A stretch of 64,000 nucleotides of DNA from the human T2T-CHM13v2.0 reference genome, Homo sapiens, in assembly GCF_009914755.1 (NCBI RefSeq), contig NC_060932.1; one strand, 5' to 3'. Positions within the stretch are counted from its first letter, which is position 1. Each line of letters opens with the position of its first letter. Positions 1-13,825 of this stretch are shown one piece after another. The notes under the pieces are model-generated. The model was not told the DNA's origin, did no database searches, and saw only the letters and a program-made list of their open reading frames with translations. Position numbers and translations under genes: made by a program.

Positions 1-650
<650 letters not shown>

Positions 651-1404
651 AGAAATAAATTTTATTGGATTGATTTGAAAGATGAAGAGAACATATTCCT
701 TGCCCTCTGGAGACTTAGAGACTAAAAGGGCAACTGAGGCTTGGAGAGATGAATTATTTTCTCAGGATCATATAATACAGCTGGCTGGAGTTTAATCTGA
801 AGTTCTGGGGGCAGACCGCAATTGCTGCCACAGAGCCCCTCCTGGCAGGTGCAGCCCACAGGAAGACCAGCACCCTGGCCACAGAGACAAAAGGTCTTAT
901 TGACTTGCAGTAAAAATGTCCTTATAACCTGTCCAGAACAAAAGGGGAGGATAAGGTTCAACCAGACACCGAATTCAGGGAGACAGCATCAGTCAGAGCT
1001 TTACCACTGCCAGCAATTTTGAAGCTGCCCATATTTCTGCTCAGGCAAGATGTTTTCTTGCTCTGAAACCTTTTAGCAGATGCAAGGTATTGCTCCGGGT
1101 GTATCCCAGAACACAAGTCTTTGCTAAAGTGGGTAGACAGCCACTTTCCTTCAGAGCCAGGGACTGCCCTGGGAGTAAAACCATTTGGAGAGCATTTTAT
1201 ATTTGCAAAATGTTGCTGTGACATGTTATCATTTATTCCTTTCAACAGCGCAGTGAGATTGGAGAGCATCCTCCGATGCACTGTACATTTGGGAGGAAGA
1301 GAAAGGATAAGAGCCCTGCTGATTCAGTGGTGGTCATTATCATTGTCAATGGAGCTGTCACTGTTATCGTCATTTTCGTTTGCGGTGAGGTATGTGAGAG
1401 GATA

Positions 1405-1740
1405 AGGCAGGGCTCCTGCCTGCAAGAAATTTACATTCTAGTTGGGTAGATTCATCCACGTATTCATTCACATTCACATATTTATTGCAGAGTGAATAAT
1501 GCCTCACTCTGCAAGCTTTTATTAAACTCTTGTTATATTTTAGGTAATGATTGAGAGAGATTCACGTGTAGACTCCAAAAATGTCAGGCATGGTTCCTGC
1601 CTGTAAGAAGTGTTCAATCCAATTGGGAAGATATGTTCATTCATTCATTCCTTCCTTTTCATGTTTATTCAATAATGCCTTCATTCTACAAGCTCTTACT
1701 GAGGTCCTGTTACATACCAGATAATTATTGGAGATCCAAA
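1405..1740. repeat. Diverged tandem pair of ~180-bp L2-3'-end-like units
   Basis: Units start at 1405 (aggcagggctcctgcctgcaagaa) and 1586 (aggcatggttcctgcctgtaagaa). Both contain cattca repeats and aataatgcct (1495, 1671). Confidence 0.65.
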
Positions 1741-1749
1741 TGTTTACGA

Positions 1750-2170
1750 CTGGCCTTGGGGCAAGTGTTAAGAGAAGGCTTCACAGAGAAGAGAAACTTT
1801 GCTTTGTCTTAAAGAATAAACAGAATTGTATATGGAGGGCAGAATAAAAAAGGGGATGCTTAGTTCAGGCCAACGGAGCAGAGGTGCCAAGAGGAAGAGG
1901 CAGGAAAAGGTGTGGCCTGTCCAGGAAAGGCTGGGAGTCTGGTGTGGCTGGAACCCTGGAGGCAAGGACGAGAGTGGCTGGAGGTGAGATGGGTGGCACC
2001 AGACTGGGGTGGATCTGTATACCATGCTAAACTGCAAGGCACTTTTTCTTCCAGGCAGCTAGGGGAAAGGAGTGACATGATTCCCTATGGGTCTTTAGGA
2101 AGACTATTCTGATTGCTAGGATGAGAAGGGCAGAGGGGCAAGTCCATGTGATCCCTCTGGCTACAGCACA
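1750..2170 (-). mobile_element. L2 fragment
   Basis: gaaggcttcacagagaag, tggtgtggctggaacc, ggagtgacatgatt are typical of L2 3' region. Confidence 0.6.
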
Positions 2171-2546
2171 GAGCAAGGTTCACAGTAGATGCAGTGTGAT
2201 GGAAACAGACCCAGAAACATGACACCAGAATAATGTGGTAAGAGGTGAAGTTAGGTTTGGGAGTGGAGGGGAATGTTCCTTCCCCTGCCTGACATTCCCC
2301 TCCACATGGAGGGTGCTGCCTTTGAGAAACACCCCTGGCATGTGCCCCTGCTCTGCCCCAGGAACACCCCAGTTTCCTGAAACTGAATGAATAAGTCTAA
2401 TCCTGGGCATTCTCCAATGTCAGTTTTTAGTCAGTAAATAGATGATGTACTTGTTCTTCACAAGTTGACTCTTTTGTCTTATTTCTGAATGAATTCAGAA
2501 CTGGGCAGGGGAGGGAGGTATTATTATTGGAACTTCTCAAAGAGTT

Positions 2547-2818
2547 AAGAGAACAACCTTAATGCTGGCCTTCATGTTTTCAAGCCATTGAACTAATGCC
2601 AGCAACCACTTACCTTCAGATCGCTTGATATGTGAGCTAGGTAAAGGACTGCTTTATTTAATTCAGGACTGTACATCAGGCTTTCTGAGAAACTGAGTGA
2701 ATAGGTTCCTAACTGATACAGGCAGGTCATGACACCATTAAAGCTAGGCCTCCAGAGAGGGTAGGGTTGAAGATTGGGGTTTGGGGGCCATCAGTGTTTA
2801 GATAGAAGTGGAAGTCAT
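2547..2818. repeat. Local direct duplication, copy 1 (MLT1-like LTR 3' end + L2 fragment)
   Basis: Colinear with 3569-3839. Shared blocks include ttatttaattcaggac, acatcaggctttctga, aaactgagtgaat, ttcctaactgat, aggtcatgacacc and gaagtggaagtcat. Confidence 0.9.
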
Positions 2819-3568
2819 AATACTAGATATTGTGGGAGCACAGAGGAGGGGCCCCTAACATACACGGGGAGTTGAGGAAATCTTCCTGGAGGAATGATCA
2901 TCTTAGCCATCTTGAAAAATGAAAACAGAACAAATATACTGGAGTAAGAGAGTGGGGATTTGGCGAGGACAGGATGGGATTGGGAAGGGCTGTAGTCAAG
3001 TGGCCAGAGCAGTGAGGAGTGTATACGTGCACATTTGTGTGTGTCTGTGTGTGCACATAAGGAATGGTTTCAGTAAAGACAAGAGAATAGAGAGGGAAGT
3101 GGGGGCCAGATACAGAGGGACTTTTCAATATTGTTAATCAGATGAGGAATGATACAGATTTGAATTAAGATCCTCACGGAGGAGACAGGAAGGAAATAAT
3201 TGATTTGAGAGGGACTTCTGAACAGGAAGTGCAGAATGTGATAACTAATTGGGTGATGGGGTTGAGGGCAAGGATGTGGTCTCAGGAGAATGACAGATTT
3301 CAGGGCAGACATTGCTAACCTCTGTGACAATATTAAGGCCTGCTACCATCCTATCTTCCCAGCTAACAGCACCTCAAATGTGCATGGTGCATCTTGCAGT
3401 AAGGGCCGCTCTATTACTGGGTTCTGAATTCTCCAGGTGTTCTGGGATGCATCATGCTTTTCCTGATGAAATGGAAACAGACAGCAGGCAATGCTTCCAC
3501 TCTCTTTCTTACTGCCTCATAGGCAGTAGCTGCATAAAACTTTGAAGCAATAAGCCAGATAGAAAATC

Positions 3569-3839
3569 AAGAGAACAGCCTTGATTCTGGCCTTGACGTC
3601 ATCGAGCTATTGAATGAATGCTAGCAATCACTTACCTCCAGACAACCTGTTATGCGAAAAAGATAAAGCTCTGCTTATTTAATTCAGGACGGCACATCAG
3701 GCTTTCTGATAAACTGAGTGAATGCATTCCTAACTGATGTAAGAAGGTCATGACACCGTTAAATCTAGCCCCCCAGAAAAGATAGGGCTAAAGATTAGGG
3801 TTTGGGGAGCATCAGTGCTTAGACGGAAGTGGAAGTCAT
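3569..3839. repeat. Local direct duplication, copy 2
   Basis: Same blocks as 2547-2818, offset by about 1021 bp. Confidence 0.9.
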
Positions 3840-4529
3840 GAATGGAATACATATAGAGTGACAAGTGACAAATCCAGGGATGTCTGACTTTTTGAGAGTC
3901 AGAAGCCTGGGAAAAATTACCAAAGGAGGTCAAATGTGAATTCTATCACAGGGAACCTGATGGATGTCAGGACGTGTTCTCTCTGGGTTTCCTATCATTC
4001 ATTCAACGCTCGTTTACTTAGGGACAATGCTTTTCTTGAGCACCAGTGCCCGTTTAAAAAATGGTCCTCCTGGGAATGGGGTTCTCTGATTTCTGAGATT
4101 GTCATCAAGCTTTTCCTTGTGTTGGGGAGAGGACCTGCTCCATTTCTAAATAAACCATCAGGCATGGGTCTGTGCAGATGATCCTTGTGGAATAGTGTAC
4201 TGGGCACCGTGCAGTGTAGGAAATATTAGATGCCATTTGGCCTTAAGCAGTCCAAAAGTTCAACTGTGTGGAGTCCAGGAGTCTTTGAAAAAACCGTGGA
4301 GCATATACAAGTTCTACACCTGCCTTTGGAGATGTTATTTGAGTTTTCTCTATAGCTGGTAAAAGTGAGCAGATAGTGATGCTGCTAATAATTTTTCTTT
4401 ATGGAGCACCCCAGCGGCTTCCTTTCCCTCCTGATGTTGAAGACATTAGGAGATGTGACTAGAGGGGAGGACCTGCAATAGAGATCTTCAGAGTTTTAGT
4501 TTTTAGTTCACCAGAGGCAGAGAAATGTT

Positions 4530-4860
4530 GTAGTTAGGAAACTCTAGCTGTGGCACCAACACTCCTGGACACAGGTTCTGAGACCTGAGCCCAGTTAAGG
4601 AGCCTCCTTTGTAAAGTGGGGATGATACTAACCTACATTATCATGCTGCTTGGCACAACAGCTTGGTAGTAATGGCCATTAAGCTCCATCCCTATTTCCT
4701 ACAGCCTTCTGTGAAACACCTTTAACTGAAAGTTGGGAGTCTCAAATTCAAGCTTACCTTCAACAATCTGTTTGGTCTTTTGAAAGTCTCCTATCTCTCA
4801 GGGCCTCAGTTTCCCCCTTCGTAAAATGAGAGGTTTGACTCAGGAAATGATTTCTGCAGG
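4530..4860 (+). mobile_element. Two MIR fragments
   Basis: MIR core-like motifs ctttgtaaagtggggatgatactaaccta and gggcctcagtttcccccttcgtaaaatgagagg. Confidence 0.65.
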
Positions 4861-6049
4861 TCCATTTGATTAGAACTGCTTCTTTGAATGTTGGTTTCAA
4901 ATTCTGCAATTTATAGTTTTTCTTTTAGCCAGAAGGTGGTGCTATTGAGTCCTTGCTGTTATTACGAAGTGCTTCAAGTTCTGGGCAATCCAAATTGGCC
5001 TACCTTTGATGCTTTGAATGTAAACTTGTAGTTGAAGGGATCTCTTTGTGGGTCCTGACTATTAATCGCCCCCTGTCCTTTCCAAGCCCTGCCAACCCAG
5101 GCTTCAATCTGGTCCAGTGCTTTTCAACAAACTGGTCTGTTTCGTCTCAGCTCCAATGGCCTCAGTTCAGGGCCACAGGAGAGAGGTTGGGAGCCTCCAG
5201 ACAATTCCAGGGCATGAGGATGGCAGGTGTCTGAGGTTTTGTTCCCAGGACTATGGCTGGTGCAGGTTACACCTGAGCTCAAGCCAGCTGAGAGCCTTGG
5301 AGAAACAGTGTTTGGCCTTGACTATGACTCCCAAGACCATTTCCTACTCTGCACCCCAGACCTCCATGTCCCCAAGTCCCTTTTACTCCTTGTCTATTGG
5401 AGCATCTTCTTATTATTTAAACTCTTGGGCCTGATTCTCCACCTACAATTAAAGGATCAGACTTCAGACTGTGGCCAAAAGTCTCATGTCACCCTAGATT
5501 TGGGTGGGTTTGAGGGTTTGGGTGTCACTGAGGCAACCACTGACGTGTTTTAGCTGTCTCTCCCCAGCAGCGGGCCCCAGCAGGCAGTCTCAGTGTCCTG
5601 CCACAAGAAGGGTGGACTTTTGATGGCATAGACCACACTGTTGCCTATCAGCAACAATCAATGTCACTTCCTCTTAGACACATAATATTAATAAGGATGG
5701 AGCTGCCGAAAAAACCAAAGTCATGTGAAAACCTGTGATCAAATCAGGAAGTGATTCTCACTCAGGGCCCAGTACCCAGGGTCCCTGCCTGTCTTGGTGC
5801 TGGTCTCTGAAACTCATCAGCTTCCCTCCCCTTCAGGAGATGTTCCCATCTTCCAGGTCCCTGCCCTGTGGGAAGTTTCTCCCCTCAAGCCCAGCTGAGG
5901 AACCTGCCATGGTCAAACCAAACTGTGTGTCCTTGCTCCCCACTGGGACGAATCCCAGGAACTTTGAGTTTCAGGTTTTTGCAGTGGGTCACTTAGGAGA
6001 ATCAGATAACCGATGTCTTCAAAACAGTGAACATATCATAGGAGAGAGA

Positions 6050-6225
6050 GCATAAGCTCTGGAAATGCAGGGACAGGATCGGAGTCCCAGCTCTACTACC
6101 ACTGCCTGGCACTGGAGCTGCCTACAGGTTATTTACTTGCTTGGCTATGCATCAGTTTCTTTATCAGTAAAATGGGTAATAGCACCTACCTCATAGGATT
6201 AGATGAGATAACTTTGAGTAAAGTA
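6050..6225 (+). mobile_element. MIR
   Basis: cagtttctttatcagtaaaatgggtaatagcacctacctcatagg is the MIR core. Confidence 0.75.
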
Positions 6226-6281
6226 ATGATTTTATTGAAAATTTACTCTGTTCTAGGTACTGTGTTAAGCACCTTATATAG

Positions 6282-6545
6282 CAGTGTTGTCCAATAAAAA
6301 TATAATGTGAGCTACATATGTAACTTAAACATTTTTGTTTGAAACACTAACATTGTAAATTACCACATATTAATATAACATAACATGTCTGTTAACATTA
6401 ACATAAAATTTTTATATTAATAATATGAAAAAACAGATGAAATTAATTTTAATAGTATATTTTATGTAACCCCATACATGGAAAACATTTGAACATGTGG
6501 CACCAACAAATGCTCAAAAGCTACATGTAGACAGTGGCTATCATT
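6282..6545. mobile_element. MER33-like hAT-Charlie non-autonomous DNA transposon
   Basis: Begins cagtgttgtccaataaaaatataatgtgagctacatatgtaa. Contains aaacagatgaaattaattttaatagtatattttat. Ends gctacatgtagacagtggcta. Confidence 0.75.
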
Positions 6546-6552
6546 TATATTA

Positions 6553-6630
6553 CATGTGTAATATGTATAACAAATGTGTACTATATATATTCATGTGTAA
6601 TACATATAACAAATGTGTACTATATATATT
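6553..6630. repeat. 39-bp tandem duplication (2 copies)
   Basis: catgtgtaatatgtataacaaatgtgtactatatatatt followed by catgtgtaatacatataacaaatgtgtactatatatatt; 37/39 identical. Confidence 0.95.
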
Positions 6631-6784
6631 TTACATTTTTATGCAATATTTTGAAAGTTCTGTAATTATTTGAGAAACACATCCAATAGAATGTTACAGT
6701 GATACTTAATACTTGTTCACCATTATGTGCCAAGAACCATGCTAAGTATTCATTTATATTAACTTAGTGAATTGTCATAAACAT

Positions 6785-6910
6785 TCTGGGGATCAGGAAC
6801 AGAGGGATGGGAAAAGTGATATGGAAGGAGGGAAAGCCAATCCCATGGGTGCATTCTTGAGCAGGTCACTGCTGCGGGCAGTTGTGTTGCCGCTATGGGC
6901 AACAGTTGGG
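6785..6910 (-). mobile_element. ERVL LTR fragment (LTR33/LTR16 group)
   Basis: gggaaagccaat...gggtgcattcttgagcaggtcactgctgcgggcagttg resembles the antisense 3' end of ERVL LTRs. Confidence 0.45.
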
Positions 6911-8064
6911 ATGCCGCCTTGAAATTGTTAACGGAAGACGTAGAAAACTGTGTTTTAGTTTTCATTCGTCATGTAGGGTCCTGGAGGTGCGATTGTGCTT
7001 GCACTTCTGGTTTGCACATGCACCAGAGTGGCTGACCAGACTCCAGCATGCAGCTCATAAGGTGAGAGGCCCCAGACAGAAAGCAAGAGATGCCTGCAGC
7101 AGAGGCAGGGTGCTATCACTAGTTGCTATGATAATGGCCGGAGCACAGTGGTGGCTGAGAGGATGAGAGGTGGGGATCAAAGGTGTCTGACACATCGTGT
7201 TGCTGGTGTGCAGCCCGTGGGGTGGGTTGCCAGGGCGAGAGACGTGAGTGTGTCTATGGAGGAACTGGGAGATATTTTAGAGTGCATCTCTCACATTAGG
7301 AAATAGTGCAGTGGAGAGACCCCAGAGGGCTTCCTATGTGCACCCGTGGGACAGCGAGCATTGGAGTACCAACTACTTGGAGCTCATAGGTGGCCTACAA
7401 TGATCCGTCAAGTAAAATAACTTTTTCCTTCCTCCCTGGAGAAGACATCTCCCTTCCCTGGAGACGGAGACGGGGGAGGGAAGGACGGAATGTAGCAGCC
7501 CCTCCTCTCTCCAATTTCTTCAGGACAAGATACAGTGAGCACTGAGAGGAGGGGGCAATGCGAAGGCCAAATTAAACAGGACACTGTGTCTTCAGGTGGA
7601 CTGAGGAGGAGGCTTAACATAGCCACATTGAAGGCAACAATTAGAGTAAATGTTTCATGTTTATACTTCACCAAGTTTAGAATGTTCAAACAAGGGCCAC
7701 ATTGTTATTTAGCTATTTATCTCATAAGACAACTGAATTAGCAATACTTCCTTTACTTGGTAGGAGACTCCTTGGTTTGGGTACTGTCAGGTATGCATGC
7801 CACCTGCAATGTTAAGAGTATTTTATGATGGTAGTGTTAGCCTCCAATGCCCTCAGGAGCCAGACAGACGCTGGAGTGCCTCCTATGTGTGAAGGAAGCA
7901 GACCTGATTGGGGCTGATGAACCAGAGATCCACATCCTATTTAAAGGAGTGCAGGCACTGTTCTGCTCCAGCATGTGGCCTTGCAGAAACAGCAAGGTAA
8001 AGAATTGGGATTGTTGGACATGTATGCAAAACACCTGGCTTAATTGCTCTTCCTCCTCCTTCCT

Positions 8065-8480
8065 GGTATTGGAGGAATTAATGCCATCAATTCTTTACCC
8101 TTCTCTGTATCCAGCTCTTTTTCATGTAATTTTGCAATGTCCTTCCACTGTGGTCAGCCACACTTCCTCACTTCTTGTCTCTGGGCTCGTCTCATTCTTA
8201 GGGCTTGTTTTGTCCAATGGCTTGTTAGTGAGTGAGCACAGATGGAGGCTTGGGATGCACTTGAGTGACTGGGCTTGTCTATTTCCTTGCACCTCTGCCA
8301 TTACCACAAGGGGAACATGCTTGAGCTAACAGCTGATCCCAGTAGGGGAAGGAGAGAGGCCTGCAGACCTGAGCCACACCAGCCAAACTCATTCTCCATC
8401 AGCCCGCCCTCAGCTGGCCTAAAGATTGCAAGTGTACATGATGGCTGTTGTAAGCTCCTGGGTGCAGCAGACACTGATAA
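8065..8480 (+). mobile_element. MaLR LTR (MLT1G/H-like)
   Basis: ttgttttgtccaatggcttgttagtg, ttgcacctctgccattaccacaaggggaacatgc, atggctgttgtaagc. Confidence 0.7.
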
Positions 8481-9164
8481 TGTGGCACTCTTTCTTGCTG
8501 AGCCTCAAGATGGCCCCAGATTCTTCTCCTGCACAGCAATCCAGGCAGCCACTATTATTCTGTGAGTGAACTGTGTGCCAGGCCTGCAAATAAATAAACT
8601 GTTTGCCAGGCCTGCAGAGGGGACGGGGAGCCTGGGACAGTGAGCTTGGGACGGCTGGCCTGGGTGTTTGGGTGTGCTCTTGGTGCCCCTGGGTGCCCCC
8701 TTTTCCTTTCTTTGTTCTGTCTGTGCTTGTTCCCAGAGAGTAGGCGGCTCAGCCACACGGAGCTGTTCGCCACTGACAGGGCATCTGATGCAGTCTGTTT
8801 GGTCCCTTTTCTTAGTATTTGTACTCTGGGCTTTTTACAACTTCAAAGAGCTTCTCACCCATATTCACTAATTAATTCATTACTCCTGTGAGTAAAACCT
8901 GAAGCAGTGAGAAGAGAATGTCATTAGCAAGAATACCAGAGGCTCATTATTTAAAAGAGGTTGCCCAAAGCCAGGCTCCCTCCGACTGAGCAGTTAACCT
9001 GTTTGCCGCTGACAGGGGCTCAGCAGGGAATGTGTATCAGGGTGGGGACCCATTAGGTGCTCAGCAGTCACTAAGCACCTACTGTGTGTTCAGCTAGCTA
9101 GGTGCCATGGGATATAAGAAGTTGTAAAGTGTGGCTTCTAACCACAAAGACCTCCAGTCTAGTG

Positions 9165-9385
9165 AAAATAGGGGCTTTGGAGTCATGTAGACCTGGGTTT
9201 GAATTCTGGCAATTTATAAGCCGTGTGACCTTGTGCTAAGTCCCGCTAAGCTTCAGCTTCCACATCTGTAAAATGGGATGCTAATGCCTCTTTAGGGTCT
9301 AAGTGAGGATAACGAACATAATGCAAATGAAAGCTCCAGTCAAGGGCCTGGCACACAGTGAGCACTCCATAAACCATAGCTATTA
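9165..9385 (+). mobile_element. MIR, near full length
   Basis: ggctttggagtcatgtagacctgggtttgaattctggc ... catctgtaaaatgggat ... cctggcacacagtgagcactccataaa. Confidence 0.85.
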
Positions 9386-9429
9386 CTGATCTCACCCAGA
9401 CAATGGCTTCCTGCACCTCTCTCATGTTC

Positions 9430-9690
9430 CATGCCTAGAGGACAGAGCGGTGGAAGAAAGAGGGCTGGCAGAAGGTGGAAGTTTGGGGGACACCCTTATA
9501 TCACAGAGAAGATGAAGAAGAGGGAAGAGAGAAGGAAATAGAAGGGCTAAAGAGGTAGGAGGGAAACCAGGAGGATGCAATGCAAGTACACAGAGGCCAA
9601 GGGACAGCTTCAGGATTGGTGAGGGAGGAATGTGGCTGTCATCCATGTCCTGTGCTAAGGAGAGATAGAGCGGGATGTTGAACGAGAACA
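9430..9690 (-). mobile_element. L2 fragment
   Basis: gaggtaggagggaaaccaggagg...cacagaggccaaggga is typical of L2. Confidence 0.6.
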
Positions 9691-9739
9691 TTCACTCATT
9701 CAATCACCCATTCAATCACTCAATAGTTATTAAGTGCCT

Positions 9740-10126
9740 GGAATGGACATGAAAATGCTCCACCCAGCTGTCCATCAGAGGGGGTTGTGACTGGCAGCCC
9801 AGCCTCTGACCTTCTGAATGGCTCATGCATTGTGCCAGGACACATGTCTCCTGGGGCACATTTCCCAGCCAGTGGTTGAATATGGCTCTCTATTCTTGTG
9901 GTATGTGGGACTTCTCTACTGGACCCTGCAGTGGGCAGGCTGAGACTTTCCTAGAACTGTGCTGCAGTCTAAGACTCTGCCTACTCAGCCCTCTCCCTTC
10001 CCCTCTTCCTGCTCAGCTATCAGAGCTCATTAAGACCCCTTTATCTTTCATAGGTGGCGCCCATACATCTCTTGCTCTTTTACCTATATCTTGGCATTGG
10101 TTTCTTCCATGATCCAAACTAATACA
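9740..10126 (+). mobile_element. LTR16-family (ERVL) LTR
   Basis: tcccagccagtggttga, tgggcaggctgagactttcctagaactgtgctgcagtctaagactct; ends ccaaactaataca. Confidence 0.75.
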
Positions 10127-10173
10127 AACTCATACAGTGCCTAAGGAGTGCCATGCATTGCATTATGCCCTGG

Positions 10174-11084
<911 letters not shown>

Positions 11085-11343
11085 CTGGGTAGTGTAGTGG
11101 TGACCAAGACAAACATTCTTAGCATCACACAGCTGGCAGTGAAGGAGGTAAAGATGACAGGGAATAAATAGGTAAACCAAAAAGTGCTAATTTTAAACAG
11201 TAAAACTTGCCACATACACACAAATGAAATAAAAAAGGCAGGCTACTTTAGACTGGGTGTAAGGGAGGGTCATTGACATAGTCATATTTGACTTGAGACC
11301 AGAAAGTTGAAGCGGCAACTATGCAAGCAATGGAGTCAGGGTG

Positions 11344-12333
11344 TGTGATGGTTAATTTTGTCTGTCAACTTGGCTGGGCCACAGTGCCCAGATGTGTGGC
11401 ATATGTTCAGGGATATTTTTGTGAGGGTGCTTTTGGGTGTGATTAACATTTATTTTATTATTTATTAGTGCATTTTTGTTAAAAATTTTAAGTAAAAGTC
11501 TATCCAAATGAAAGACTAATCCAGGTGGTAGAAATTTTAGAGAGAGATAAAACTAAGAGTCCACAAAGATTTGGAGAAATGACTACTCACATGTGCTGCT
11601 ATAGGAGCATGAATTAGTGTCATCATTTTGGAAAAAGTTTGGCATTATTAATGACAATGAAAGATATGTCCCCTTCTAACAATCTACTCAACAGAAATGA
11701 GTGCTGACATTATTCCAAAACCATTGACAAAAATGCTGCAACCACCATTACTTGTGATAGCTGCAACTTTTTTTTATATTCTTGACCATTTTATATACTT
11801 TATTGAAGGAAATAAAGACATGCATTAGCAAATTTTTAACTTTTATAGCCAACACTTTGTTCTTCCACCTGATTTTTTTTTATTTCAATAGGTTTTTGGG
11901 GAACAGGAGGTATTAGGTTACACTGATAAGTTCTTTTGTGGTGATTTCTGAGATTTGGTGCACCCATCACCCGATCAGTGTACACTGTACCCAGTGTGTA
12001 TTCTTTTATCCCTCACCCTCCTCCCACCCTACCTTCCCAAGTCCCAGAGATTAACATTCAAATCAGTGGACTTTGAGTAAAGCAGATGGCCCTCCATGAT
12101 GTGAGTGGGCCTCATCCAATCAGTTGAAGGCCTGAGGAGAAAGAACAAAAGACTGACCTCCCTTGAGCAAGAGTGAATTCCAGCTCTCCTGGGTCTCCAG
12201 CCTGAGAGCCCCCCTGCAGGTTTTGGACTTGTCAGCTTTCATAATCACATGTAACAATTCTTTAAGTACATCTCTTTCCATATACATGCTTATCCTGTTG
12301 GTTCTGTGTCTCAGGAGAACCCTGACTAATACA
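11344..12333 (+). mobile_element. MLT2 (ERVL) solo LTR split by a ~600-bp insertion
   Basis: tgtgatggttaatttt..tgtcaacttggctgggccacagtgcccagat at 5'. Resumes at 12049 with gattaacattcaaatcagtggactttgagtaaagcagat. Ends cctgactaataca. Flanks gggtg/ggggg. Confidence 0.9.
11451..12048 (-). mobile_element. 5'-truncated L1PB (L1PB1/2-like, 11873-12046) with ~420 bp of putative 3'-transduced DNA
   Basis: Whole insert is bracketed by gattaacatt (11441-11450, 12049-12058). L1PB 3' UTR (tttcaataggtttttggggaacagg...gatttggtgcacccatcacccg) is at the right end. T-rich tracts at 11451-11467, 11768-11775 and 11873-11881. Confidence 0.8.
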
Positions 12334-12773
12334 GGGGGGGAGAATATTCTGGGCAGAGAGAACAGCAACTCTTGAAATAGGAAATGAGCCTTCAAGTCAA
12401 CATGAAGGCTGGTGTGGCTAGGACTGGGTGGAGGAGGGGGCACCGGACAGATGAGGCCTCATGGAAAGAAGCTATGGGAATAGACCACTGCACTGTTGTT
12501 GGTGACCTGGGAGAGGACTGCCAGTCCAGTAGTGAGGGCAGAAGCCGGGTGCCACGGCATGAAGATGCAGGTGGGTGGTGAGGAAGGTGGAGCTGCTCTG
12601 GAGATAACTCTTTAAGGGTTTTAGTGTTTACAGAATGAAAAGAAGCACATGAGGGGGATTTTAAAGAAAGAGAATCTTACTCATGAGTATGGCAGACTAA
12701 TGAGAGAGACTGACATGGGAAGATAATTGGTGACAGGACATTCCTGACATTGGTGAGTGGAAGGTTAGGGCAT

Positions 12774-13475
<702 letters not shown>

Positions 13476-13619
13476 GTCATGACCAACCCAAAATGACATT
13501 CCTTCCTCCAAAAGTGTGGAGTTGTCACCAGTCTGGGGACCATGCTCTGCCCTGGAATATCTCATTTACTGTTGGCTCTGTTCCCACTCTTGTTTTTGAA
13601 CATTCTACATGTTTCCATT

Positions 13620-13825
13620 TTAGGAGGTCAAGTGGTGCAGGGAAATGACATGGCCTTGGGAGGCAGGCATACTGGATTTTGAAACACAGCCTCTCCATAC
13701 TCCTGCTGTGTGATCTCTGAGCCTCAGTCTTTATCAGGTATCCTTGAGGACTGAAGGTTCTAATCTACATAAAATACTTACCATGGGCCCTGGGACCTGG
13801 TATGTGCTGGACAAATGTCCCTTCA
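13620..13825 (+). mobile_element. MIR fragment
   Basis: ggccttgggaggcaggcatactggattttgaa, gctgtgtgatctctgagcctcagt. Confidence 0.6.
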
